64,000 bases of DNA from an uncultured delta proteobacterium (GTDB taxonomy: Bacteria; Desulfobacterota; Desulfomonilia; Desulfomonilales; Desulfomonilaceae): NCBI GenBank assembly GCA_963789265.1, contig CAWBKB010000007.1, positions 256,001 through 320,000 of the forward strand, read 5' to 3'. A program made the translations under genes and the position numbers. Position 1 is the first letter of the stretch. Each line of letters begins with the position of its first letter. The notes below the pieces were generated by a model. That model was not told the origin of the DNA, ran no database searches, and was given only the letters and a program-made list of their open reading frames with translations. Below are positions 17,780 to 28,215 of this stretch, piece by piece.

Positions 17780-20700
17780 TTAAACGTCCGAAGTGCTGAC
17801 GAGGGAAGTCCGATACGTCTGTTGACCGTATCGGATCGCGGTCGCACCCAATTGTCTTTGGCCGGCAATGGCGTCTTCGATCACTTCCGTAACGTCCAAT
17901 ACCAGTGCGATGGTACCATCGCCGAGTATAGTAGACCCGGCCATGCCTCTACTTTCACACACATGCTCGGCAAGCGGTTTGATAACCACGTCCTGTTCAC
18001 CCACAAGCTCTTCGACAAGGAACCCAATCGTCTTTAGGCCGGAGTTGGCAAGGACAAGGAATTTCGGATGCTTGGAAGTATCATAGTCTTTTAGGTGGAA
18101 AACTTCGTTCATTCTGAGAACCGGAATTGTCTCGTCTCTGAACTTGATCACCTCGAAACCTTCAATGGTAGATATATCAGTCGGAGCTACTTGAATGATC
18201 TCCCGCACGGAGGTAAGCGGGATGGCAAACGTATGTCTCCCCGTCCTGATCAGCAGGGTCTGTATGATGGCAAGAGTCAGCGGAATCTTTAATGAAATTC
18301 GTGTGCCCTGATTTTCCCACGATTCAATTTCAATGTGCCCGTTGATTTTCTCAACGTCCTTTTTCACCACGTCCATTCCTACGCCGCGACCGGACGTACG
18401 CGTAACTTTCTTGCTCGTGGAAAACCCCGGTAAAAACAAGTAATTGTATATTTCCTGCGGCGGCACATTCTTTGCCTCCTGCGCTTCAAGCAGACGATTT
18501 TCTATCGCCTTCCGTATCACCGCCTCGTGGTTTATTCCCGCCCCGTCATCTTCTACATCGATCACGACCAGGTTTCCCTCAGAGTAGGCATTAAGTCTGA
18601 TTGTTCCTTCCTCAGTCTTGCCCACTCTTTTTCGGTCTTCTCGTTCTTCTATGCCGTGGTCCACCGCATTTCGGATCAAATGAACGAGTGGATTATAAAT
18701 CTGTTCAATCACCCTCTTATCTACCTCTGTATCCCCACCTAGGACCTCCAGGCCCACCGACTTGCCTACTCTACGGGAAAGATCTCTGATAAGACGAGGC
18801 ATCCTGTTGAAAAGCTGGCCGACGGGCAGCATCCGGAGCTTCATGACACCTTCTTGAATGTCGTTTGCCACGCGCCCCAATGACAAGCTGGCTTCCCCCA
18901 CTTTCAGGCTAAGGTCCTTGACCGACTGAATTTCTTTCTTAGTCACCTCTTGAGTTGTCATGAGTGTTCGGTGCAAGTTCTTCAGCTCCAGAGAAAGTTG
19001 TTCGACGTACGAGCGATTGACGACCAATTCTCCGACCTGGTTCAGAAGGACGTCCACCTTGGTCGAATCTACGCGCATGGTCCGGACCATACCGCTTTCC
19101 CTGGCGTCCCTCGCCGTGGCGATTTCTTGGAAAAGCTTGGTCTCATGGCTGCGAGTAATTTCGGACGTAGTGGTCTCTTCCTCAACGGACGGAGTTACCC
19201 CGCCAGCAGGAGCCGGCATTGACGGAGAGGGTGTCATCGCTCTCAATATCTCTTCCGTGGTAGCCTCTTGCCCAATACCACCAGGCTCAACAGCCGTGGT
19301 TTCCCGGGTAACGTGTTCCGCGGTTGCTACGCCCATTTTGTCGGTATGCAGAGGAACGTCTGTGAACCCTCGATCCGCACGGCTTGTGCCGGGAAATCCT
19401 TCAACCGAGGCTGCGTAAGACTCCGGCCGGTCAACTTGCCGACGAAGAGGTTGCGCGACCTCGACCGGCGCAGCACCGTTGAATCCGGTTACGGCATTGG
19501 CATTCAGAGCAGCTTCCAAACCGTTCAGAAAGTGCTCAAACTTCACCATGCTCTCTTCCATGAAAGCCAAATTCCCGGTGGAGAGCGAGTCCATTCTGTC
19601 TGCGCACCAGAGCACTTTTTCGTGCCATTCGTCCAGGAAGGCTGCGAGATTCTGATAATCCATGTAGCTCGACGATGAGCGGATAGATTTGATCAAGTCT
19701 GCACAGGCCTCCATCTCGCCGCGGTCCGCGGTCCCCTGCTTAATCTTATCGCCCAGCCGACGAAGCTTGTCGGTAATCTCCCAGGCGTAGGAGAGGAAGA
19801 TTTCTATTATTTCACGATCGGTGCCTTCCCCCACAGTGTCCAGTTCCTCAAGCAAGTCCGATGCAATCGAAGACTGCGAGGGACTGGAACCGGACGCGTA
19901 GGGTTCGGTCAATATCTTCCCGTCGCCGAAAATTCCTTCAAATTCGCGAAGAAGCTCATCATCGACGTCCGCCAGCATGGACTTCTCGCCCTGTTTGCGG
20001 GAACGCGATGGCGGCTTGGGAGGTGCAGAGGCTTCACCTACAATCTTTAGAATGAACTCAGCAGTAGAAGGAGTTACAGCGGGGATGCTCGTCAGTGTAT
20101 GCAAATCGGCACTTGCCAACTGCTCCATTGAAGAGAAGCCGGCCTCTTCGAGGGCAGCTATTACGGGGGCCTCCAGGCCCGGAATGTCCTCGAGGGCTTG
20201 GCGAAAAGCAGAAGGTTCCAGTGAGGCTTGGGAAGACGACTCAATTGCGGGAATCTCCGCCAGGGCATGCGATGCTTCCTGTTCCAAGGGGAAAAGCTCT
20301 TCAGGATACCACGGCCGCAGTTCGTGTAGAAAAGCTCGCAGATCTTCGATCTCTTCGGGCGAAAGACGCTCCTGGTCCTCAGGTATAGCCGAAAGACGGG
20401 CTTCCATGGATCGGATAATGCCTGCGGCTTCGGGAAAATCCATGGCACTCATGCTTTCAGTCAAATGTCTCAGCGTGTCAAGTATGGATACCATTACCTC
20501 TGAAGGTTGCAAACCGTCCTCGAGATCGTCTAAGTAAAGCGAAACATTGAGAATATGAGGAATCGTCTCTTCCAGTGACCCTCCCGAATCCGACCTCGGC
20601 GCAACGACGGACTCGAATTGCTCCCCTGATTCTCCCGCTGATTCTTCCGCTGTGATTACCTCTGGTTCCCTGTCGTGCTCCGTGAAGACCGTATCTTCCG

Positions 20701-21397
20701 TAGAAGTGGAGGCATCTTCGATAGCCAAAGCCGAAATGTCCTTGTCAACTGCCGTTTGTTCCGTTTCTTCCGATCCCAGGTCGCCCAATACAGATTGGGT
20801 ATGTTCATAGAGACTTTCATCCTCGCTTTTTACTTCACCGGCGTAGGAAGAAGTTTCCTGTTCGACAGCATTCGGCGCCTCGGCCATCTCTGCCGACGCA
20901 ACGCCGATGCCCAGTTCAAGATTAGCCTCCTCTTGGGGCTCAGTTTCCGACACTTGGGCGTGCTCCTCGATCAAAGCTTGGTCGGCGAGGCGCGAAACCT
21001 CAGAGGAAGTGTTCGGTGATGCCCCCAAGAATCCGTCCAGTTCCTCCATTATGCCCGAGATAGGCGTCTTCTCCTCGTGGACCTCCGCCACTTCCATAAT
21101 TAGAGTCGAGATCAGATCCTTTGCTCGAAACAGGAAGTCTATGATTTGAGCGTCCAATCTGATGGCCCCTTCGCGAAGACGATCCAGAAGGTTCTCGACA
21201 CCGTGCGTGAGGGTGCTTGAACGTTCAAGCCCTATATATTCGGCTGAGCCCTTTATGCAGTGAACTGCTCGGAAAATGTTGTTCAGCAAGTCGGGGCTCT
21301 CACCTTCCTTTTCCACCCGCATCAGGCTGTTGTCCATCTCTTCCAAGAGTTCACGAGCTTCGCTGCTGTAGTCTTGAAGAATTTCGGTGTCAATCAT
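17780..21397 (-). CDS. cheA: Chemotaxis histidine kinase CheA with extra HhH and pseudo-Hpt domains
   Basis: Hpt (FRAVHCIKG), dimerisation (LLNQVGELV), HATPase (HLIRNAVDHG, EDDGAG, GFST, SGRGVGMDVV), CheW domain. Confidence 0.92.
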   Translation of the reverse strand: MIDTEILQDYSSEARELLEEMDNSLMRVEKEGESPDLLNNIFRAVHCIKGSAEYIGLERSSTLTHGVENLLDRLREGAIRLDAQIIDFLFRAKDLISTLIMEVAEVHEEKTPISGIMEELDGFLGASPNTSSEVSRLADQALIEEHAQVSETEPQEEANLELGIGVASAEMAEAPNAVEQETSSYAGEVKSEDESLYEHTQSVLGDLGSEETEQTAVDKDISALAIEDASTSTEDTVFTEHDREPEVITAEESAGESGEQFESVVAPRSDSGGSLEETIPHILNVSLYLDDLEDGLQPSEVMVSILDTLRHLTESMSAMDFPEAAGIIRSMEARLSAIPEDQERLSPEEIEDLRAFLHELRPWYPEELFPLEQEASHALAEIPAIESSSQASLEPSAFRQALEDIPGLEAPVIAALEEAGFSSMEQLASADLHTLTSIPAVTPSTAEFILKIVGEASAPPKPPSRSRKQGEKSMLADVDDELLREFEGIFGDGKILTEPYASGSSPSQSSIASDLLEELDTVGEGTDREIIEIFLSYAWEITDKLRRLGDKIKQGTADRGEMEACADLIKSIRSSSSYMDYQNLAAFLDEWHEKVLWCADRMDSLSTGNLAFMEESMVKFEHFLNGLEAALNANAVTGFNGAAPVEVAQPLRRQVDRPESYAASVEGFPGTSRADRGFTDVPLHTDKMGVATAEHVTRETTAVEPGGIGQEATTEEILRAMTPSPSMPAPAGGVTPSVEEETTTSEITRSHETKLFQEIATARDARESGMVRTMRVDSTKVDVLLNQVGELVVNRSYVEQLSLELKNLHRTLMTTQEVTKKEIQSVKDLSLKVGEASLSLGRVANDIQEGVMKLRMLPVGQLFNRMPRLIRDLSRRVGKSVGLEVLGGDTEVDKRVIEQIYNPLVHLIRNAVDHGIEEREDRKRVGKTEEGTIRLNAYSEGNLVVIDVEDDGAGINHEAVIRKAIENRLLEAQEAKNVPPQEIYNYLFLPGFSTSKKVTRTSGRGVGMDVVKKDVEKINGHIEIESWENQGTRISLKIPLTLAIIQTLLIRTGRHTFAIPLTSVREIIQVAPTDISTIEGFEVIKFRDETIPVLRMNEVFHLKDYDTSKHPKFLVLANSGLKTIGFLVEELVGEQDVVIKPLAEHVCESRGMAGSTILGDGTIALVLDVTEVIEDAIAGQRQLGATAIRYGQQTYRTSLVSTSDV

Positions 21398-21484
21398 CTT
21401 CTTTCCTCTCGGTCGGCCGCGGCTCACAAAATGCGACCGCAATGCGCTGTTCCGGGTCCGGATGAAAGACCGGCCCGGGGCCGC

Positions 21485-22219
21485 CTATCTTTTACGACTG
21501 TGTTCCCTCGGGGTGGGAACGACTTTGCGGCCATCGAAGCGGGTCTGATAGAACTCGAATTCCTTCACTATGGAACCGAGCATCTCCAGATCTCTCTTGA
21601 TAACCTCAACATGTTCCCGCAGTTCCTTTGCGCCCGTCCAGTTGTCGCCCGGCTCGAGCGCCTTTTCAATCCTTTCGACTGCGTACGAGGACTTACCCAC
21701 TGCGGTTCCCGTCAACAAGAGGACTTCCTGGTAGTTTGCCGACAAATCATTAATGACGTCAGCTAGTTGACCGACCTCGCCATGGTCGGTTGACTGGATA
21801 ATGATGCTAAGATTCCCGTTTGAAAGTTCTTTCGTAGCCCTGGTCAACCTGTTGATTGGTCGCAGTATCTTTTGCACGTAAAGATAAATCATGGACCCGA
21901 AGCAAACGATCATAATGCCCAGAAGCAGGGACATCCGACTCCTGAACGACGAAAGTAGATCGGCCCGGGGCAGCGCAGTAAGTTGCGGTCCAGCCGCGGC
22001 ATTGCTCTGCTGAACGTTTCGGACCGCTGTGATTTCATTGCCGACGTCGAGCACGAACTTCATCTGCATGACCACCGCGACCGAGGCCAATAAGCAGAAG
22101 ATCAGTAAAACCTTGTGCCGAGCCAACGCGCTTAGCGAAGTCGAAAGCGGCTTCCCATGCGAAGGGGAAGGATCGCGCCGGCTGGGAAACGGTTGGTCTC
22201 CGAAGGGTGTAGAGGCCAT
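21485..22219 (-). CDS. Two-TM HAMP-domain protein without a signalling hairpin
   Basis: Two hydrophobic helices, HAMP (LRPINRLTRATKELSNGNL...GEVGQLADVINDL), short coiled-coil tail. Confidence 0.75.
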   Translation of the reverse strand: MASTPFGDQPFPSRRDPSPSHGKPLSTSLSALARHKVLLIFCLLASVAVVMQMKFVLDVGNEITAVRNVQQSNAAAGPQLTALPRADLLSSFRSRMSLLLGIMIVCFGSMIYLYVQKILRPINRLTRATKELSNGNLSIIIQSTDHGEVGQLADVINDLSANYQEVLLLTGTAVGKSSYAVERIEKALEPGDNWTGAKELREHVEVIKRDLEMLGSIVKEFEFYQTRFDGRKVVPTPREHSRKR

Positions 22220-22224
22220 AGCTC

Positions 22225-22590
22225 TTATTGCTTGAACTCCATTTCTTGGATCGCTCGCGCTATCGAGAAGTGGTCGGTCTTATTTATGAATCCTTTTGCC
22301 CCTAATTTTTCAGCTTCAGCTTTGTATTTCTCATCGTTGAGAATCGTAAGAAACAGGATCTTGGCGTCCGGGTAATCGTGGAGAATTTCCTTGGCCGCGG
22401 TGATCCCGTCCTTGTCCCTCATCGTGATGTCCATGGTCACCAAATCAGGCCTGAGAGTCCTGTATAGCTCAATAGCCTCATTGCCGCCTTTTGCTTCGCC
22501 GACGACGGAATGGCCCTGAGCCTTCAGCTCTTCAACAATCCGTTTACGCATAAAGCCCGAGTCATCAACCACAAGGACCCGCATGCCCAT
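22225..22590 (-). CDS. cheY: Single-domain response regulator (CheY-like)
   Basis: VLVVDDSGFMR, PDLVTMDITM, GAKGFINK. Confidence 0.8.
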   Translation of the reverse strand: MGMRVLVVDDSGFMRKRIVEELKAQGHSVVGEAKGGNEAIELYRTLRPDLVTMDITMRDKDGITAAKEILHDYPDAKILFLTILNDEKYKAEAEKLGAKGFINKTDHFSIARAIQEMEFKQ

Positions 22591-22675
22591 CACACACCTC
22601 GCAACACCCACTTCACTCAACTTCCGTCATAGTGCCATGTTTTGGGAACTGCGCCTGAACAACCTGTATCAAGAT

Positions 22676-22768
22676 CACCCTCCACTAGCCCCCTCCGTCG
22701 AGGGAGGGGAAATGAATTTACCCTCTTCCCGCGTCCCGCGGGACGGGGGAGAGGGAACGGTCAGGGGG
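22676..22768. repeat. REP-like GC-rich palindromic element (CCCTCTCCC/GGGAGAGGG family)
   Basis: CCCCTCCGTCGAGGGAGGGG and CCCTCTTCCC...GGGGGAGAGGG hairpins. Confidence 0.5.
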
Positions 22769-22824
22769 AACTTCGCGGCAATTCCAACGCGTCCTTCTGT
22801 CCCCGCAGATTGATCCGGTACCGA

Positions 22825-25239
22825 CTAGATCTCCCGCGTGATTCTGAATTGTTCAACCATCTCACTGAGTTCCTCGGCAACTTTCGCAAGTTCTACCGTG
22901 GTTTCCGAAGCCGAAGCCGCGCCTCTTGCGTTTGCGGTCGCAACGTCGGACATTTCAGCCATGATTTGTCGAAGGACAGCAGCCCTCTCTGTCTGAAGGC
23001 CCGTGAGCTTGGTGATGTTGTCTGCACGTGCCGTAACACCGGTCATTTCCTGCGCGACCGCATTGGAGGTATCCACCTCGGTTCCGGCCTTCTCCAGAAT
23101 GTTCCGGCTGAGAGCTCGAATCTCTGCCATAACGCTCGCAGCCAATTCTCGGCGCTTGGCCTGCTCATCCGTAAGGCCGAGAATGTCCTGGGCCAAGATA
23201 GTCAGTCGTCCCATAGCTTTCTGGACATTGGTCGCGTCGTCGGTCTGCTGCACAGCTCCTTGAGAAATACCGCCGATGAGAGAGTTGGTTCTTGCAACGG
23301 CTTCCTGGATCTGCGTTAGAGCTTCACGGCTGGTGGACGACAAACGCTCTCCTTCTTCGACTCTTTTGTTACTTTCTTTAATGAGGTCCGCAATTTCATT
23401 GGTAGATTCTGCGGTTCTCTCTGCCAGTTTCCGGACTTCGTCGGCAACAACTGCAAAGCCTTTACCGTGTTCGCCGGCTCGGGCCGCTTCAATGGCGGCA
23501 TTAAGCGCCAGGAGGTTGGTCTGCTCTGCGATGGACTGAATAACGACCATGATGTCGTTAATCTGCTCGGAGCTGTCTGCAATTCCTCGCATACCTTGCA
23601 CCACCTTTTCCACGGCGAGACCACCTTCACGGGCATATCGGTCGGCCGATTCCGATTGGCGTGCAGCTTCGGCAGCGCTTTGGGCCACTTCCTCAATCGT
23701 CTTTGCCATACGGTTGACCGCGTCGGCGGTTTGTTGGGCCGCTGAGAACTGATCGCCGGCCTTTCCGGCGACTTCTCGCGCGGTGGCGCCCATCGCCTCT
23801 ACGATGTTCTCACCTTCTCGTGATTGCTGGTCCTGGTCCCCGGCGCTCTGGGCAACTCCTTCGATTTCAGACGTCATGGCCTGAAGAGCCTGGGAAGTCG
23901 CGGTTGCAGTATTGAGGGTGTCCTGAGCGTTACCCGAAACTTCCAGAGCGGTTTCACCCATGGCTGCCACCCGATCCAGCACGTTACGGGCACGCTCGGC
24001 TTGGGCCGTAGCATTCACCACGATATTCTGAGCGGCGTCGGTCACGACAGTTGAAGCCTGGCGAACTCTGCCGACACCTTCCAGGACCGATGAAAACGCT
24101 CCCTGGAGACGTTCGAGAAGGGTATTGAACGTTGCCGAGGCTGTCCCGATTTCATCCGTTGTCGTAACCGGCGATCGTAGTGTGAGGTCGAGATTCTCAC
24201 CTACCTGCCCCATGACCTGGGCCATGCGCGCAACAGGCCGAGAAATAGTTCCCGCGACCAGAATGGCTAAAATGATGACGACTATGAGAACCGCAAGGCC
24301 CATGTATGTGTTGTTCAAAATAATGGTCCACAGGTAACCCAAAATTTCCTGCCTATCGACTCGCACGCCGATTACCCATCCCAATCCGGGAAAGTGTTCG
24401 AAACCCTTGGTATAGACCATACCGGCTAAAGTGTACGCAGTTCTACCGGCCTTATCCGGGGGCGAATAGTAGCCGATACTGGTTTCTCTCTTCTTGATAG
24501 CCTCGGCCAGCGCGGGCAGATTGACTTTCGGACTGCTCACTGTGCTCAGGTAGAGATCTCTTCGTGGGTGCAAGATCGTCCGCATATTGCGGTCCAACCC
24601 CCAGACTACACCACTCTTGTACCCGGTAATTCCTTTCATCATGGCCTCGACCGGCGCCCATTTGAGATATGCCAGAACGGCTCCCTGAACATTTTCCCCC
24701 ACCTTCACGGGCGCTGCGATGCCTACGGTATAGCCGTCGGAAGCAGGGTCGAGCTGTTTCACAAGGGCCAATTGTTGGAAATCAACGATTTTGAGCTTTC
24801 CTTTCTTAGCCCCTATGAAGCCTTCGTTCTTTGAGAAGTCGATCCCCACCAGAGCGGGCGCGCTCGATGCAATGCAGTTCCCTTTGGAGTCAAGCAGGAA
24901 AATGCATTCGTACGATCCGTACCGTTGGACCGTCTCTCGCAGCATCTGCGATGCGTCCTCACGGACCTCGGCCACGTCGATGGCTTCTTTGATCGACCGC
25001 AGGTCAGCCCAAACCACGACGTCATTGACTCGGTCGTTCATCCAGATGTTAAGAGATTGAGCCGCAGACCCGGCAATCGTTTTTAGCTGGCTGTACGCCG
25101 AATTCTGCGCTTCACGGGTGATGGTCCATATACCGATCGCCGCCGAGGCGACCATTGGGATGATAGTTATCAAGAGGAACCAGAACAGAAGCTTGGTCCT
25201 AATACTTCTGCCCAGACGTATTTTACTGAAGATTCTCAT
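22825..25239 (-). CDS. Methyl-accepting chemotaxis protein (Cache-like sensor, HAMP, long signalling domain)
   Basis: Two TM helices, [42 protein letters not shown]. Confidence 0.92.
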   Translation of the reverse strand: MRIFSKIRLGRSIRTKLLFWFLLITIIPMVASAAIGIWTITREAQNSAYSQLKTIAGSAAQSLNIWMNDRVNDVVVWADLRSIKEAIDVAEVREDASQMLRETVQRYGSYECIFLLDSKGNCIASSAPALVGIDFSKNEGFIGAKKGKLKIVDFQQLALVKQLDPASDGYTVGIAAPVKVGENVQGAVLAYLKWAPVEAMMKGITGYKSGVVWGLDRNMRTILHPRRDLYLSTVSSPKVNLPALAEAIKKRETSIGYYSPPDKAGRTAYTLAGMVYTKGFEHFPGLGWVIGVRVDRQEILGYLWTIILNNTYMGLAVLIVVIILAILVAGTISRPVARMAQVMGQVGENLDLTLRSPVTTTDEIGTASATFNTLLERLQGAFSSVLEGVGRVRQASTVVTDAAQNIVVNATAQAERARNVLDRVAAMGETALEVSGNAQDTLNTATATSQALQAMTSEIEGVAQSAGDQDQQSREGENIVEAMGATAREVAGKAGDQFSAAQQTADAVNRMAKTIEEVAQSAAEAARQSESADRYAREGGLAVEKVVQGMRGIADSSEQINDIMVVIQSIAEQTNLLALNAAIEAARAGEHGKGFAVVADEVRKLAERTAESTNEIADLIKESNKRVEEGERLSSTSREALTQIQEAVARTNSLIGGISQGAVQQTDDATNVQKAMGRLTILAQDILGLTDEQAKRRELAASVMAEIRALSRNILEKAGTEVDTSNAVAQEMTGVTARADNITKLTGLQTERAAVLRQIMAEMSDVATANARGAASASETTVELAKVAEELSEMVEQFRITREI

Positions 25240-25323
25240 GGCCCTTCCTCCTGGGATTATTGCCGTCAAAAACGTTTGAAACTTTTATTCTCGCCCGCCA
25301 CGATTCCCGCATCGGCTGCGGGG

Positions 25324-25860
25324 CTATGCTTCCGCCGCCGCTGGAATCATTCTGGCCACAGTGTCCAGAGCGGTCTTTTCCTCTATTGAAAGAATCCTCT
25401 TGAAATCCAGGACAATGAGGATGCCCTCATCGAGATGGACCACTCCGCTGATGTACGCGCTCTGCACCCCGGCGACAATAATATCCGGAGGCGGTGAGAT
25501 CCTGGAGGCTGGAACAGTTATAACCTTCGCCACAGAATCCACAATGAAGCCGGTCACATTGCCTTCTATCTCTACCACCAAAATTCGGGTTCCGGCTTTT
25601 GCTCCGTCAGGTCGAGGCTGGCTCCGTAGCCGAAGCCTCTTTCTAAGGTCCAGGACCGGGATTATGTTCCCTCGAAGATTGATGACGCCCTCCACAAAAT
25701 CCGGCGTGTTCGGGATTTCGGTAATGTTGGACATCATGATGATTTCCTGAACGACAAGGATTTGCACGCCAAATCTCTCCGGCCCGATGGTGAAGCTGAT
25801 CATCTGAACCGATTCTTCTACCTCCGGGATCCTCTTTCTCGCTTGTTCTCTGCCATTCAT
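25324..25860 (-). CDS. cheW: Chemotaxis coupling protein CheW
   Basis: VQEII, IPNTPDFVEGVINLRGNIIPVLDLRKRL, GFIVDSV. Confidence 0.92.
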   Translation of the reverse strand: MNGREQARKRIPEVEESVQMISFTIGPERFGVQILVVQEIIMMSNITEIPNTPDFVEGVINLRGNIIPVLDLRKRLRLRSQPRPDGAKAGTRILVVEIEGNVTGFIVDSVAKVITVPASRISPPPDIIVAGVQSAYISGVVHLDEGILIVLDFKRILSIEEKTALDTVARMIPAAAEA

Positions 25861-25904
25861 AATGATGTCTCCTGTCCAGGCGTCGCGTGCATATCTAACA
25901 CAGC

Positions 25905-27866
25905 CTACTTGATTAACTTTTGAAGCCTTTCCACCAAGCCGTCAGCCGAGGACTTGTGGTCTACGATACCTTCCAGCAGGGCCGCTTCAGCCATCCTGGG
26001 ATCCACACTCGAAACCGGATCTTGAACCATTGTCGTTCCGCTAGCTTGTTTCACAGCTCTCAAACCCGCCATGCCCCGATACGGCCCGCCGGATAGAAGC
26101 ACCGCGAGGAGATTCTCGCCCATGATCCTCGACGCTGAGATGAGGAAATGGTCCAGCGCATCCGCCGCGGGGGAATCCGAAGGAATTGTTAGCACGGGTC
26201 TGCCGGATACATCGGTCAACTCCAGTGGAACAGTAGCCGGATGAATGTAACAGATTCCGTCAACCAGGGGCGCGCCGGATTCGACAGACTTCACCTCAAG
26301 TTTGCTCCGTCTCGCGAGATAATCGACAAAAGCGCCAATGGCCTCCTGTTGCATGTCGTGAATGACGACAATAGCTGTCGGCAACTCGTTCGAAAGAAAC
26401 GGGACGATCCGGATCAGGTCCGTGCAACCGCCGGTGGATGAGCCGAATACCGAGAGAAACTTGCTGGGAGCGGATTTGTCAAGCGATCCCTGGGGTGCAT
26501 TGACGGGGGAAGGTATCTTTATCCGCCGAATTCGATTGAATTTGATGCCACAAGCTTCCTTGACACGCGTGACCAGATCCTCCACCCGACCATCAACGCG
26601 CCAGTTGTTCTGAGGTTTCCGGAGAAAGTCCACCCCGCCAAGGCATAAGAGATCAAATGGGTTTGCTCCGACCCCGCCGACAAATCCACTGAAAATTACA
26701 ACAGGACAGGGGCTTCTGATCATTATATGCATAAGAGTGGTGCTGCCCTTCATCACGGGCATGTCCCAGTCCAGAAGGATAAGGTCGGGCTTTAGCTCGT
26801 CGATTTTTTCCAATGCCTCTTGGCCGTTGGTAGCGTACCCAGCGACCGACAGACCGGGATCCGATTGAAGCACTTCCTGAACGATCTTTCGTATAAAACG
26901 GGAGTCATCAACGATCATTATTCTCTTGGCAGATTCCGCTTGACTAGGGATCCGAGGACCTTGGGCAGACACCACATTCAGGGCCTTGCCGTTTCCAGGC
27001 CGCTTAAGTTTGGCGGCTTCGCCCACCGGCTGGGGAACAGGTTCCAATGCATGGCGAATCTCGTCACGCTGCCGTATCCCCTCCATCAACAGACTCTGCC
27101 AATCCATAAACACGGTCTGCTCGGGTACACCAAACACAACTTGCGAGAGAAATTCACCGGACTCCCATCCCAGGATCTCGTAAAATGCTTCAACCCCGGT
27201 AATCATACCGCATTGCGCGTGGACGATTCCTCCGTCATGAACATAAATAGAGCCCCGATTTCCATCGCTGAATATCCTAAGTAGAGTGCTGTCTTTCCGA
27301 TAGCAGAACATCTGAATCACATCTTCCAGTCTAATTCCCACCACGCGGCCCTTGAACCCTTGTTCAGGCCGAAGCATATTGAAAAGCAATTCTGCCATCT
27401 TTTCGAAAGTGAAGGGCTTGCTTACGAAATTAGCGCAGCCCATAGCAAGCGCTGTGAGTTCGTCACCTGCCAACTCTTCTCCGGCCACCAGCACCACGTG
27501 AACGGGCAGTTCTATGCGGCGGGTCTCACGTAGTAATTCCAAGCCATCAAGCTTTCCGGGACGGTGATGATCCAAGACCACCAGGTCGACAGGCTCGCGG
27601 CGCAGCATATCAATAGCTGCGGAAACGGAACTTGCGGACAAAACAGCGTATCGGGGCCCCAACTCCGTAAAATGGGCTTCGATAAATCTATGGAGGACCT
27701 CTTTATCTTCCACGACAAGGATCCTACTTTCCGACAACGGCGGCTCCTTTAGACCTTTGTTCCCATTACGACGCAAAACCGCGTGGTTTTGGATGGTCGT
27801 TTCACTTGGTGGCGGACCGGTCGCCAGGGGGTTTGATTCGACTGCCATATTCGATCCGAAGATCAT
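25905..27866 (-). CDS. REC-DUF4388-REC-CheB-like fusion, catalytic His and Asp missing
   Basis: REC (VVEDK), DUF4388 (LEDVIQM...GSIYVHDGGIVHAQ..GVEAFYEILGWESGEF), REC (IVDDS, DWDMP), CheB domain with GSSTGG, IHDM, SGGPYRG. Confidence 0.8.
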   Translation of the reverse strand: MIFGSNMAVESNPLATGPPPSETTIQNHAVLRRNGNKGLKEPPLSESRILVVEDKEVLHRFIEAHFTELGPRYAVLSASSVSAAIDMLRREPVDLVVLDHHRPGKLDGLELLRETRRIELPVHVVLVAGEELAGDELTALAMGCANFVSKPFTFEKMAELLFNMLRPEQGFKGRVVGIRLEDVIQMFCYRKDSTLLRIFSDGNRGSIYVHDGGIVHAQCGMITGVEAFYEILGWESGEFLSQVVFGVPEQTVFMDWQSLLMEGIRQRDEIRHALEPVPQPVGEAAKLKRPGNGKALNVVSAQGPRIPSQAESAKRIMIVDDSRFIRKIVQEVLQSDPGLSVAGYATNGQEALEKIDELKPDLILLDWDMPVMKGSTTLMHIMIRSPCPVVIFSGFVGGVGANPFDLLCLGGVDFLRKPQNNWRVDGRVEDLVTRVKEACGIKFNRIRRIKIPSPVNAPQGSLDKSAPSKFLSVFGSSTGGCTDLIRIVPFLSNELPTAIVVIHDMQQEAIGAFVDYLARRSKLEVKSVESGAPLVDGICYIHPATVPLELTDVSGRPVLTIPSDSPAADALDHFLISASRIMGENLLAVLLSGGPYRGMAGLRAVKQASGTTMVQDPVSSVDPRMAEAALLEGIVDHKSSADGLVERLQKLIK

Positions 27867-27888
27867 GTTTACCCGGCTAACCAGTGAG

Positions 27889-28215
27889 CTAGGTTCGGCC
27901 TTTCATCAGGTCGAGAAAGACGCTCGTGGATATTCGAACGTTCTTTTCAGGCGGATCAGGTTCGTTAACATCACTGTGGGAGGCATTCTTCCACGAGAGG
28001 ATCTCAAAGAAGGCTTCATCGCCCTGGCGATCGTCTGTCTCAACGCGATAAATTTCTCCCCCCTTGATGAACATGAATCCATGCAGGCGGCCCTTTTTCA
28101 CGTCGATTTTCCTGGACTCTCCGCTGGAAACTATCAACCTGACGGTTGTAAAGAGGTCGTATCCGGAAAAGTCTATCACCTCCGCAAGATCCTCGGGGTG
28201 TTTGCTCTCTGACAC
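27889..28215 (-). CDS. Stand-alone DUF4388 (PATAN-like) protein
   Basis: GFMFIKGGEIYRVE...GDEAFFEILSW, similar to the DUF4388 segment of the downstream fusion. Confidence 0.65.
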   Translation of the reverse strand: MSESKHPEDLAEVIDFSGYDLFTTVRLIVSSGESRKIDVKKGRLHGFMFIKGGEIYRVETDDRQGDEAFFEILSWKNASHSDVNEPDPPEKNVRISTSVFLDLMKGRT

